Assembly: GCF_006345805.1 (NCBI RefSeq)
Contig: NC_043007.1
Location: 9,920,001-9,984,000, forward strand
Length of the DNA: 64,000 bases
Direction: 5' to 3'
Origin: Octopus sinensis
Taxonomy: Eukaryota
Below, piece by piece: positions 38,585 to 52,214 of the stretch (the stretch's first letter is position 1; each line of letters opens with the position of its first letter). Both the position numbers and the translations under genes were made by a program. The notes under the pieces are model-generated. The model saw nothing but the letters and a program-made list of their open reading frames with translations, was not told where the DNA came from and ran no database searches.

Positions 38585-38990
38585 TGACATTAATACCAAT
38601 CATCATCACCATCATCATAAATATCACCATCATTCTCAACATCAGCATCAGCACCACCACCACCACCACCAAGATCAATATTACTGACGTTGCCACTACT
38701 TCCACCACAACCATCTACACCACAACCACCACCACTACCACCATCATCATTGTTATTAAACTACCATTTACTAATCATCAACACTAATAAGTACCACAAC
38801 CATCAATAACTTCACCACCACCACTACCACCACCAAATCCACCACCACCACTACCACTACCACCACCACCACCACCACCACCACTTCATTACTACTACAC
38901 TAAGTCATTACCGCCACCACCACCACCACTACCACCACCACCACCACCACCACTACCACCACCACCACCATCATCCCCATTAACTCCAAC
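38114..38990. repeat. (CAT/CGT)n grading into (CAC/TAC)n triplet low-complexity tract
   Basis: Directly visible; explains the poly-S/H/M ORFs. Confidence 0.95.
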
Positions 38991-39821
38991 ATCGTTATCG
39001 TAATCATTATCATCGTCATTTCAACCCATATCGCCTCGACCTACAAGAAATAGCAGCCAAATTTCCCTCAAATCACAACCCAATTTTCTTAAACAACGAA
39101 CACACGAAAAAATGTCGTCACAGCCGCATCACTTTTGTCCAGAGACAAGGACTAGATCAGGAGTGACCTTGGGTTAAACAACAACAACAACAATAACAAC
39201 AACAACAATAACAGCAATAAAAGCAGCAGCAACATACCACTTCCCCCCCCGCCCCCCCACAGGCAACTATTACTAGCAGGGCTACCACCAATGGCACTTC
39301 CCCACCTCACCCCCACCCTACCTACAAAGTGTAACATCCACCACCGCCGCCGCCGCCGCTGCCACTACCACCACCACTGTTCCTTTCTGTATCGCTATGG
39401 CTACAAGAATTGGCAAGAAGCAGCAGCGATGCTAAGGCCAAGGTAGTGTTGGTGGGTGATGACGACGACGACGACGGCGACGATGATAATGATGATGATG
39501 TTGATGATGATAATGATGAGGACGATGGTGGCGACGGCGACCTCGGAGGTGGTGATGGTGAAAGAGGGGTGGGGTGAAACGTGAAGATGGACTGACTGAC
39601 GGTCAGACAGACAGATAGACAGACGGACGGACGAACGGACGAACGAACGGACGAACGGACAGCAAGATAACCAGCCAACCAGTCAGCTAGTCAGCCACAG
39701 CCAGCCTGACTGACTGACTGACTGACAAACTGACGGACGGACAGTAAGGGTTGTGTGTAAGAAAAGGGGAAACAGCAAGCCATGGCATGTGCACTGTCCC
39801 CTAATAATAATAATAATAATA

Positions 39822-39856
<35 letters not shown>

Positions 39857-40045
39857 AACGGTAGCAGCAATAGTAGTGTGTGTGTTGGTCGGGGGTTTGC
39901 AGAAACAGCAGCTAGTCAGGAATGTTCAAGCTAGACAAGGAGTTTAGAGTACGATGGCTGATTGTTTGAGTGGATGGATGGATAGAAAGATGGATAAATT
40001 GATGGTTTTGCATGTATTAAGAAAGAAAAAGCGAACGAGAGAGCG

Positions 40046-40977
40046 AGAGAGAAATAAGAGAGACGGACAGAAGGCGGAAGTGGGGAGAGAGAAAGAAATA
40101 AGAGAGAGACGAACAGAAGGGGGAGAGAGAAAGAAATAAGAGAGAGACGGACAGAAGGGGGAGAGAGAGAAAGAAATAAGAGAGAGACGACAGAAGGGGG
40201 AAGTGGGGAGAGAGAAAGAAATAAGAGAGAGACGGACAGAAGGGGGAAGGGGAGAGAGAAAGAAATAAGAGAGAGACGGACAGAAGGGGGAAGGGGAGAG
40301 AGAAAGAAATAAGAGAGACGGACAGAAGGGGGAAGTGGGGAGAGAGAAAGAAATAAGAGAGAGACGAACAGAAGGGGGAGAGAGAAGAAATAAGAGAACG
40401 GACAGAAGGGGAAGGGGGAGAGAGAAAGAATAAGAGAGAGACGACAGAAGGGGGAAGGGGGAGAGAGAGAAATAAGAGAGACGGACAGAAGGGGGAAGGG
40501 GGAGAGAAAGAAATAAGAGAGAGACGGACAGAAGGGGGAAGGGGGAGAGAGAAAGAAATAAGAGAGACGGACAGAAGGGGGAGGGGGAGAGAGAAAGAAA
40601 TAAGAGAGACGGACAGAAGGAGGAAGGGGAGAGAGAAAGAAATAAGAGAGACGGACAGAAGGGGGAAGGGGGAGAGAGAAGAAATAAGAGAGACGGACAG
40701 AAGGGGAAGGGGAGAGAGAAATAAGAGAGACGGACAGAAGGGGAAGGGGAGAGAGAAAGAAATAAGAGAGACGGACAGAAGGGGGAAGGGGGAGAGAGAA
40801 AGAAATAAGAGAGAGACGGACAGAAGGGGGAAGGGGGAGAGAGAGAAATAAGAGAGACGGACAGAAGGGGGAAGGGGAGAGAGAAAGAAATAAGAGAGAG
40901 ACGGACAGAAGGGGGAAGGGGGAGAGAAAGAAATAAGAGAGACGGACAGAAGGGGGAAGTGGGGAGAGAGAAAGAGA
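40046..40977. repeat. Purine-rich minisatellite, ~40-45 bp unit, about 20 copies
   Basis: Unit gagagagacggacagaagggggaaggggagagagaaagaaataa. Confidence 0.95.
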
Positions 40978-41269
40978 GAATTTGGAGGTTGAGGTGGATT
41001 TTGAAGAATGGCTGAAAGAATAGTAAAAAGAATGGATGGATGAATGGATGGATGGATCGATAGAGAGAGAGAGAGGAGAGAGAAAGGGAAGAATATATGT
41101 TGAAGAAAAAGATTGAAGGATAGATAGATAGATAGATGGAAGAATGAACTTGGTGGCTAGATGGATGGATGGAAGAATGGTTGGATGGAACACCCTAACA
41201 TAGCAATGAATAACAGTAACAATTGCAGAATTAGTGATTCCCAGAGCTTTACCATCCCTACTACTATCC

Positions 41270-43300
41270 TGCCCCCCCCTCTCTCTCTCTCTCTCGCCTA
41301 TTTTATTTTATTTATTTTAGTTTATTTTATTTATTTTTATTTATTTTTCCTTTCTATTCTCATTTTGATCTTTGTCCCTTTCTCTCGGTGTATCTCCCTT
41401 TTTTTCAGTTATTTTCGTTGGCTTCAACCAAGTCTCTCCCCTTGTCTCACTCCCTTTTTCTCTCTCTTGTACATTCCCCACTATCTCATCACCGTCTCCA
41501 TCATCATCATCATAATCATCATCGTAAATCCATCACAATTTATCTTCTTACCATTTCTTACAAGACAGATTACAGACGAACAGTTGCATGCACCACACAC
41601 ACACACATATGTATACACATGTACATATGTATACATACATAGATATATATACACACACACACATACTGCTGTCAATTCTTAGCTCTACCGTTCACTCTCT
41701 TTCTCACCCACCAAACCATATCTGATACATACTTTCTGCTACTGTTTCCTGTCTCTAATGTTTAGTTGATATCGGCCTCTCACCCTTTCTCTCTCTCTCT
41801 CTCTGTAAATATAAAATATATATATATCCATCTTTATTCATCTTCTATCTCTCCATTTTTCTTCATCACTCTTTCTTTCTCTATAATTTCCCCTCCCCCC
41901 ATATCTCTCTCATTGATTTTCCTATACCTTCTACTCATTCTCTCACACTGTATCTGTCTATGTATCTAGTTATTTTTACCTCTTGCTCAGTATTTCTCTC
42001 ACTAAACTGTCTATCTGTCACGCTTAGTCTATATATATATCTTCCTTTCTGTCTGTCAGGTTGTTACGCTCTGTCTCTGTCAGTCACGCTCAGTCTGTTT
42101 CTCTCTCTTCCTCTCTCCTGTCTGTCAAGCTATCTCTCTGCCACTCTCTAAATCTGCTTGTCTTCCTTCCATCACCCTTTCTTTCGTCATCATTAGCATC
42201 ATCCCATCGACGTATAACAAACGATTCTTTCCTTCGTCGACGTTATCCACCTTCGATCCTTGTTGGAGCCTTCATTCCTTCATTCCCTTACTCACTCACT
42301 CACTATTCCCTTCATTCCCTCACTTACTCAATACTCCCTCCCTCACTCATTATCCAACTCAGTTATTTATATCACTCTTCCTCATACTATTCCTCTTCAC
42401 TGTTTCACTATTTCCCCTCGCTATTACTCTTCCTACCTCTCTTCAACTCTTGCCATCTCTTCCGCCCCTTCGCATTCTTATTCTTTCTTTCCTTCTCTCT
42501 TATTTTTCTGTATTGCTTTATCTTCTCACTATATCGTTCGTTCATCGCACTTTCTTTTCTCTTCCACTTTTTCTTTCATTCTTTCCCCCTTTTTCTCTAC
42601 CTTCTCTGCTCGTGTATTTTACCTTACCCCTCCCTTTCTCTCTTTATCTATCTATCTGCCTTTTCTTACATTATTTGACTGTCTACACCCTCTCTCTCTT
42701 CTTTCTTTCTCTGTAAATTCCCTTTTCATACATTTACTATTCTCCTCTCATTCTCTGTCCCTTTAATTTATCATCCTCTCTCACTCTTTCTCTATCTTAA
42801 GCTCCCTTTTTTGTAAGGATTTTTTCCTTTCTATTTTTAATTATCCTTTTCTATTTCTCTCTACACCTTTAATTCCTTCGTTCTGCACGCATTTCTTTTC
42901 TCTAGGTTCTTAATCTTTCTTCTCTCTGCTTTCTTAATTCTCCTTCTCTCTATCATATAGAGCCCACTTTTTCTTTCTCTCTCTTTAATTCTTTGTAATT
43001 AAGTCACGTCTCTCTTTACTCTTTCTTTCTCTCTCTAAGTTTATTGCTCCCTATGTACTCTTCTCTTCATTGAAAGTTCTCTTATTTTTTCTGTTATCCC
43101 TTTCTTTTCTCTCACTTTTCACAGCTTTTCCTCTTCCAAAAAAAAAAAGTACCTATCATTACTACAGCTACCAGCACTATAACAAATACTATTACAGCCC
43201 TCACCATCACTACTACTGTTACTACTGCCACTGCTCCCCTCGTCTTTTTTTCTCTCACTCTCTCCTTCTCTCTGTCGCTCTCTTTTCTTTGCTGCTGCTG
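41270..43300. repeat. Long pyrimidine-rich (CT) low-complexity region
   Basis: Strong C/T strand skew, opposite to the preceding purine tract. Confidence 0.85.
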
Positions 43301-43337
43301 CTCCTGCTACTATTAAATTCACTCCAGCCACACTCAC

Positions 43338-43468
43338 CTCTTACTCCAGTGCGAATCTCTACTACAACTTCTACCACTATTACAACTTTGGAAAACAAGA
43401 CTATGGCTGCTACGTCCTTTGAGCTGCGGCCAGCAGCAGACAAGTAAGTGTAACGACAACAATTTCAT
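43338..43468 (-). CDS. Candidate first coding exon (MKLLSLHLLVCCWPQLKGRSSHSLVFQSC...), signal-peptide-like
   Basis: ATG at 43468, 43 open codons, perfect donor GAG|GTGAGT at 43338/43337, poly-T acceptor candidates at 43584-43606. Competes with a plus-strand reading. Confidence 0.25.
43350..43443 (+). other. Candidate 94-nt plus-strand exon
   Basis: Acceptor ctcacctcttactccag|, donor caa|GTAAGT; two open frames. Confidence 0.25.
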
Positions 43469-43689
43469 CCGGAACACACACACAATTCACTGAAATCTTT
43501 CGCTTTTCCCACTTCACAATTTCCTCAATGAGTTCTTTCCCTTCTTTCCGGCTTCCTTTTGTCAAAATCTTTCTTTCATCAGATCTTCGCAAAAAAAAAA
43601 AAAAATCTATAAACATATATAAGTATCGCAAGCTCTTCACATTCTTAGTATGTATGTGTACGTACGCGTGTGTGTATGTAAGTGTATAT

Positions 43690-43731
<42 letters not shown>

Positions 43732-44198
43732 ATATATATGTATGTATATATATATATATATACTGTGTCTACCTATTTCTACCATACGATACGCATTCAT
43801 TCTTTACTTATCGTCTGGTCTATAGGATAGTTTGCTTGTATCTCAGTTGTGTTCTGTGCTGCCGTTCTAGATTTGGAGGAAGTAGATGGTAGCAAGAATG
43901 AGAAATATATATACATATATATTTATATATTTACACACATACACGCACACGAACCAACGAGGTATCATCCTTTATACCAGTCGCACGACTTGCTGAAAGT
44001 AACAGCCGCATATCAGCCCTTCCCTCACCCCACCGCCAGATTGCATTCTACCGACTAAAGAAAATATATTGCATCATGTCTTGGATAGATGAAAAGACAA
44101 GAATGGATGGTCACTGTTGGAAAGTCTTTGACGATCAGGGCTAAATAACAGTGGATCAAGAGAAAGAGGAACATATATATGTATATATTACGATGTGT

Positions 44199-44229
<31 letters not shown>

Positions 44230-44364
44230 GTCATAACCACATGTATATATATACATACATAAATATATATGACATTAGTCATTTATACATAGATACATAT
44301 ATGTATACTCATAACTTATACTCTAATATGTATACCGACATTACCATACTTGCATTGATACATA

Positions 44365-44397
<33 letters not shown>

Positions 44398-44909
44398 ACC
44401 CGCGCGCTGAAACTAACATGTAATATGTGTATGTATATCTGTATCTATGTCTATACATATGTGTATATATATATAGACATACCAATACACTAATATGTGC
44501 ACACTGATAGATACACGTATACATAACTATATACTGCCATACATACATACATACATACACACAGCACAAACTAGGGAACTTCAATGTGGTCGGTCACGCG
44601 AAATGGTAGAATTAGCAAGTGGAATCTTGAAATCTTCCGCAAATGATACCTTACCCACCGTCTTAAAGAGAAGAGGATGGAAGATATTAGATAATGTAAT
44701 CGTAAAACAAATCATTCTCCAAATAAAACGGAATGGTCACCACTGGCGTGCCTTTGGGATCATAAGTTTATTTCAATGAATCTTGGCCCGTGGCTAAACA
44801 ACTCACACATACACAGAAACATACACAGAAAGAGTGTATACGCATATGCCATACATACTCTGTTGATCTCTCTAATCTCTATATACACATACACATGCAC
44901 ATATATATA

Positions 44910-45040
44910 CAGGGTGTCCCCAAAAAATGTATACACACCTTAAATAATTGTAAATTTGTTATTCTTTGTAAGCCTAGTACTTATTCTATCGTTCTCTTTG
45001 GCCGAACCACTATGTGTATACATTTTTTTGGGACACCCTG
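44910..45040. mobile_element. Short Tc1/mariner MITE with an internal S1 fragment
   Basis: ta|cagggtgtccccaaaaaatgtatacac ... gtgtatacatttttttgggacaccctg|ta. Confidence 0.8.
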
Positions 45041-45459
45041 TATATATATATATATATATATATACATACGTATGTATGTCTCACATACCTCCACACATTC
45101 ATACATTCTTATTAAACTCTCATACAAGCATGCATATATATATATATATATATACATACATTCATTTTTATTTATGGTATCTGCCCTCCCCGCCTTACAA
45201 CACGCACCCCTACTTCCCCCCCCCCGACGTACATCAAGGATCCCTTATAAAAAAACCGTCCGGGTTTCTAACTCCATTAAAGGTCCACACATACACACAC
45301 ACACACATACATACATACATACATTCACACGCCCTTCATGCATAGACAGCCGTAGTAGACATACGTGTGAGCGTACATTTAGTATATGGAGGTTGGCTTT
45401 AATACCAGGACAATTCTTGTACGGAAGCCCTGTATGCCCCCCCCCTCTCCACACGTAGA

Positions 45460-45663
45460 TATGTATATATATACGTGTGTGTATGTATATATACGTATGC
45501 GTATGTGTGTATATATGTGTGTGTTCCTGTGTATGTATGTATTGTATATATGTTTGTATATATATATATGTATGTATATATATACGCGTGTGTATGTATA
45601 TATACGTATGCGTATGTGTGTATATATGTGTGTTCCTGTGTATGTATGTATTGTATATATGTT

Positions 45664-45710
<47 letters not shown>

Positions 45711-46440
45711 GTATATATATATGTATGTATGTATGTATATATATATGTATGTATGTATGTATATATATATGTATGTATGTATGTATATATATATGTATGT
45801 ATGTATGTATATATATACGTGTGTGTATGTATATATACGTATGCGTATGTGTGTATATATGTGTGTGTTCCTGTGTATGTATATATTGTATATATGTTTG
45901 TATATATATATGTGTTTGTATATATATATGTGTATGTATATATATACGTGTGTGTATGTATATATACGTATGCGTATGTGTGTATATATGTGTGTGTTCC
46001 TGTGTATGTATGTATTGTATATATGTTTGTATATATATATATATATGTATGTATATATATATACGTGTATGTATATATATATACGTGTGTGTATGTATAT
46101 ATACGTATGCGTATGTGTGTATATATGTGTGTGTTCCTGTGTATGTATGTATTGTATATATATATATATATGTATGTATATATATATACGTGTATGTATA
46201 TATATATACGTGTGTGTATGTATATATACGTATGCGTATGTGTGTATATATGTGTGTGTTCCTGTGTATGTATGTATTGTATATATGTTTGTATATATAT
46301 ATGTATGTATATATATACGTGTGTGTATGTATATATACGTATGCGTATGTGTGTATATATGTGTGTGTTCCTGTGTATGTATGTATTGTATATATTGTAT
46401 ATATGTTTGTATATATATATGTATGTATGTATACATATTA
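45460..46440. repeat. Higher-order repeat of a compound microsatellite unit (~60-100 bp)
   Basis: The marker string tacgtatgcgtatgtgtgtatatatgtgtgtgttcctgtgtatgta recurs about eight times. Confidence 0.9.
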
Positions 46441-46556
46441 CACATTAATATTCTGTATATTTGTAACCATTTTAGTTCAGTTTGATATTTTTTTTTTCGA
46501 AAAAAACAAGGAAATAATGAAATCAAACGCATTTTACAGTTACTGCATTTATTGTC

Positions 46557-46702
46557 GATTACTTCCGAATATTATCGATCGTTTTGTTTACCTTTCACTT
46601 TCAATCAGGGGCTCGTTTATTTCGCCATCTTATATGTACAAAGTTCGAAAGATCGGCATCTATTCATTATTATATACTCTTCCAATCATTTTAGCCAATC
46701 GG
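46557..46702 (-). promoter_or_regulatory. Promoter-like cluster with a short non-coding first exon (about 46645 to 46592)
   Basis: Two CCAAT boxes (46682-46686, 46695-46699), TATATAA on minus (46676-46670), YY1-type aagatggcg (46631-46623), donor AAG|GTAAAC (46592/46591), ETS-like acttccg (46561-46567), DRE-like tatcgat (46573-46579), in CpG-containing unique sequence. Confidence 0.5.
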
Positions 46703-46809
46703 ACTCCTACTTTTTACATGCACACATACAAAAACAAAACAAATAACAAGCCAAGTTTTCCAAGCTCATTGACAAATATTCACACACAACACACACACAC
46801 ACACACACA

Positions 46810-46860
<51 letters not shown>

Positions 46861-46869
46861 ACACACACA

Positions 46870-46901
<32 letters not shown>

Positions 46902-48611
46902 CGGCTGTTTTTACATTGTCAAATTGGATTAGATACAGAAATATTTTATTTTTCACGCATTCGTACACAAATACATTCAGATATATATATATATATATAT
47001 ACACACATTTATATATAATAACTGTATGCAGTGCTGTATAACATATGATTATATATAGCTAGGCACAGATTACTTTCATTGTCGTTTGACGTCCATTTTT
47101 TTCATACTTGCATGGGGTAGACGGAATCTGTTGAGGTAAATTTTCTGTGCCCGGATGCCTTTCCTGTTGCCAACTCTTACCTGTTTCCCAGCAAGGTAAT
47201 GTTTCCCTATGGCTAGACACCACTTTGAGCTTATTAAGCCATCAAATATAATACAAAAACACACTCACGCGTACACACATGTAGACACTAGCGCAATTTT
47301 GTATGTTCAATCATTATTGTCATTATCAGAAGAGTATTTTTTATTTATTTTCATACCAACATGATCTCACTGTGTGACAATAGGCACAGCCATGGCTGTG
47401 GGTAAGAAGCTTGCTTCCCCCACTGTGCGGTCTTGGGTTCAGTCCTACTGTGCAGCACCTTGGAGAAATGTCTTCAACTATAGTCATGGGCCAACCAAAA
47501 ACCTTGTGCTTGGATTTGATAGATGGAAACTGTGAGGATTTCTGTCAATATATATCATCATCGTTTAACGTCCATTGTCCATCTGGCATGAGTTGGACGG
47601 TTTTACTGGAGATGGCAAAGTCAGAGGGCTGCACCAGATTCCAGTCTGACTTGACATGGTTTCTACTGCTGGATGCCCTTCCTGACACCAACCACTTTAC
47701 AGAATGTGTATGTGTGTCTTTGTGTTCATGTATTAGTCCCTACCATAGCTCGATAACTGGTGTTAGTTTGTTTACGTCTGTGTAACTTAGAGGTTTGTAG
47801 AAAAAGTACCAGACTTAAGAGAGAAAATTTGTTCAACTAAACCCTTCAAGGCAGTACCCCGGTGTGACCATAGTCCAAGGACTGAAACAAATAAAAGATA
47901 ATAAGGTAGGGTGGGTAAACTGGCATGCAAATCCAGAATCTCTTTTCATATCTTTTTTTCGTTTTACTTGTTTCAGTCATTAGACTGTGGCCATGCTGGG
48001 GCACCACCTTGAAGCATTTTGGTCAAATGAATTTATCCCAGTAGTTTATTTTACTGGGATAAATTTCTAAGCCTGGTACTTATTCTATTGGTCTATTTTG
48101 CTGAACTGCTAAGTTTCCGTCTACCAAATCCACTCACTAGGCACTGATCGGCCTGAAGCTATAGCAGGACACTTGCCCAAGGTATCAAACAAAGTGACTG
48201 AACTCAGAACCATGTATTTAGGAAGCAAACTTCTTACCATACAACCATGCCTGCACAGAAATCTGGACACTATTCTTATGGATATACTCTTATGATCCAC
48301 ATGGACAAAGATACATATATATACTCTTTACTCTTTTACTTGTTTCAGTCATTTGACTGCGGCCATGCTGGAGCACCGCCTTTAGTCGAGCAAATCGACC
48401 CCGGGACTTATTCTTTGTAAGCCCAGTACTTATTCTATCGGTCTCTTTTGCCGAACCGCTAAGTGACGGGGACGTAAACACACCAGCATCGGTTGTCAAG
48501 CAATGCTAGGGGAACAAACACAGGGAAAGTTTATGAAAATAAACAAAAGACAAAGGCAGGTGGTGTACAAACAAACAAATGTATTAGTATAGCACTCCGG
48601 AATAGAAAAAG

Positions 48612-48649
48612 TCTTTTACGTTTCGAGCCTACACTCTTCGACAGAAAGA
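48612..48649 (-). ncRNA. Minimal hammerhead-like motif, A6U variant (family B copy 48520-48705)
   Basis: Reverse complement: UCUUU-CUGUCGA-a-GAGU(guag)GCUC-GAAA-C-GUA-AAAGA. Confidence 0.65.
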
Positions 48650-49361
48650 TACACAGAAAAAAACAAGGAGAGAAAAAAATGTGTGAAGGCGCTAACGATA
48701 TATATATATATACATACACACAAATGAACACTATTATATTGGTGTATGTCTTTCAAAATCTGTTTGGGATATTGGAGAAAAATCACAAACCATCATTATT
48801 TTATGTCCAATTTTCCATGCTTAAAGTATGCAAGCATGGAAAGGTGGACATTAAACAGAATTTGTTGAGGCTGATTTTCTATAGCTTGATACTCTTCCTA
48901 TTGCCAATGCTCACTTCTTTCTAAGCAAGGCAATATTTTCCCATAGCTAGACATGCTAGACAAACAGCTTCACCTGTATGACGATGATGCTCATTTACCA
49001 CCTTCAAGTTATGTCTAGACAAGGGTGCACATGGACACACATACATTTGAGGGCACATGGCTTAGTAGTTAGGGTGTTGCACTTATGATCTTGAAATCGT
49101 AGTTTCAATTCCTATACCGAGTGATGCGTTGTGTTCTTGAGCAAAACGGTTCATCTCACATTGCTCTGCGATCATTTTGACACCTGACGTGTGGCACACC
49201 TTGCACCTGTTCAGACAACATTGATTTGATGGAGAGATTGTACATTAGGAACATTTGATCACTATAAATAAATCATTTGTGCAAGTTGTTCAGCAAAAGC
49301 TGAATGCTCATACATCGTCTTCGACAGAATAGTTCATCATATATACATATATGGCTGTGTG

Positions 49362-49740
49362 GCAGGAGTGGCTGTGTGGTAAGTAGCTTGCTAACCAACC
49401 ACATGGTTCCGGGTTCAGTCCCACTGCGTGGCATCTTGGGCAAGTGTCTTCTGCTATAGCCCCGGGCCGACCAATGTCTTGTGAGTGGATTTGGTAGATG
49501 GAAACTGAAAGACGCCTGTCGTATATATGTATATATATATATGTGTGTTTGTGTGTGTCCCCCTAGCATTGCTTGACAACCGATGCTGGTGTGTTTATGT
49601 CCCCATCACTTAGCGGTTCGGCAAAAGAGACCGATAGAATAAATATTGGGCTTACAAAGAATAAGTCCCAGGGTCGATTTGCTCGACTAAAGGCGGTGCT
49701 CCAGCATGGCCGCAGTCAAATGACTGAATCAAGTGAAAGA
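49362..49740 (+). mobile_element. S1 SINE, relatively young
   Basis: Complete head and body. Confidence 0.85.
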
Positions 49741-50239
49741 GTATATATATATTATCAACCACACATACGCAATGTATGTGTTCTGCTTGTTCGCTCCTAG
49801 GCTGCAAGTTATCACGATGGGAACATCTTCCTCAAAGCACCAGATGTCAAAACACCTGAGAGTCAAAGACTCACTAAAGAACGTACCCCAAATCCCATCC
49901 AGAAGTGATGGACATTCATACTTGAACAAACACACACATATACAACATGCTTCTTTCAGTTTCTGTATCCCAAAACCCATCCAAGCAGGGCTGTAGTAGA
50001 AAGCACCTTAATGTCTTTGAAGGAACTGCACAGTGGGACCAAATCCAAGTCGAAATGGTTGGGAGGCAAGCATCTTAGCCACACAGGCACGCTTTTTATC
50101 TAAATTGATGTCTGAAAATCTGTTTGAAATATTCTTTGCTACTCTAGGCACAAGGCCTGAAATTTTTGGCCCAATATTGTTTGTATTGTGGACTTGTCTC
50201 TGCTGTGATTTTTGCGATGAAATTTTTCCTACTTTTACT

Positions 50240-51392
50240 CTCTAATATATATACATAGGTATATATATACATATATATATATATGATGTATATATGTATA
50301 AATATATATATGTTTGTATAGGCATATATATGTATATGTATGTATTTATAAGTATGTATGTATATGTATATATAGGTATATATATGTATATGTATATATA
50401 GGTGTATATGTATATATAGGTATATATATGTATATATAGGTATATATATGTATATATAGGTATATATATGTATATGCATATATAGGTGTATATGTATATA
50501 TAGGTATGTATATGTATATATAGGTATATATACGTATATGTATATATAGGTATATATACGTATAGGTATATATACGTATATGTATATATAGGTATAGGTA
50601 TATGTATATATAGGTATATATACGTATATGTATATGTAGGTATATATTCATATATGTATATATATGTATATGTATATATAGGTATATGTATATATAGGTA
50701 TATATACGTATATGTATATGTAGGTATATATATAGATATATGTATGTATATGTAGGTATATATATAGATATATGTATATGTAGGTATATATATAGATATA
50801 TGTATGTATGTATAGGTATATATATGTATATATATATATGTATGTATATATGTACGTATATATATGTATGTATATATGTACGTATATATATGTATGTATA
50901 TATGTACGTATATATATGTATGTATATATGTACGTATATATATGTATATGTACGTATATATATGTATGTATATATGTACGTATATATATGTATGTATATA
51001 TGTACGTATATATATGTATGTATATATGTACGTATATATATGTATGTATATATGTACGTATATATATGTATGTATATATGTACGTATATATATGTATGTA
51101 TATATGTACGTATATATATGTATATATGTACGTATATATATGTATATATGTACGTATATATATGTATATATGTACGTATATATATGTATGTATATATGTA
51201 CGTATATATATGTATGTATATATGTACGTATATAATATGTATATATGTACGTATATATATGTATGTATATATGTACGTAATATATGTATGTATATATGTA
51301 CGTATATATATATGTATATATGTATGTATTATGTACGTATATATATGTATGTATATATGTACGTATATATATATGTATGTATATATGTACGT

Positions 51393-51423
<31 letters not shown>

Positions 51424-51740
51424 TGTATATATATGTATGTATGTATATGTATGTATATATGTACGTATGTATATGTATGTATATATGTATATGTATGTAT
51501 ATATGTACGTATATGTATGTATATATGTACGTATATGTATGTATATATGTACGTATATGTATGTATATATGTACGTATATATATGTATGTATATATGTAC
51601 GTATATATATATGTATATATATATGTATGTATATATGTACGTATATATATATGTATATATGTGTGTGTAAATGAACCTGTATATACATATATGTATGTGC
51701 ATATATATATGTGTATATATGTATGTGTATGTGTATATGT
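50240..51740. repeat. 1.5-kb compound TA-based satellite with unit turnover
   Basis: Marker changes from taGGta units to taCGta units along the array. Confidence 0.95.
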
Positions 51741-52214
51741 ATGTGTTGCCTGACTGGCCCATGTGCCAATGGCACGTAAAAATCACCCACTACACTCTCA
51801 GAGTGGTTAACATTAGGAAGGGCATCCAGCTGTAGAAATCTTGCCAGATCAGATTGGAGCCTGGTGCAGCCTTTTGGCTTGCCAGTCCTCAGTTAAACTG
51901 TCCAACCCATGCCAACACGGAAGGCAGACGTTAAACAACAATGATGATGATGTTGATGATGCGGCCAGTCTATTAGATCGACTCCAGTATGCGACTGGTA
52001 CTTAATTTATCGACACCAGAAGGATGAAAGGCAAAGTCGACATCGGCAGAATTTGAACTCAGAACATAAAGACAGATGAAATACCGCTAAGCATTTTGCC
52101 CCGCGTGCTAACGTTTCTGCCAGCTCGCTGCCTTAATATGTTTGAAATATTGTGGAAAGAATTGTCCAGTCCATGCCAGCATGGATAACAGATGTTAAAT
52201 AATGGTGATGATGA

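Noticed and set aside
44655-44661. 7-nt minus-strand microexon candidate (taag|acggtgg|gtaagg)
   Set aside because: AAG acceptor and no independent support; such motif pairs arise by chance in 64 kb.
754-49569. Recurrent [48 protein letters not shown]
   Set aside because: It is the antisense reading of the S1 SINE head, not a gene family.
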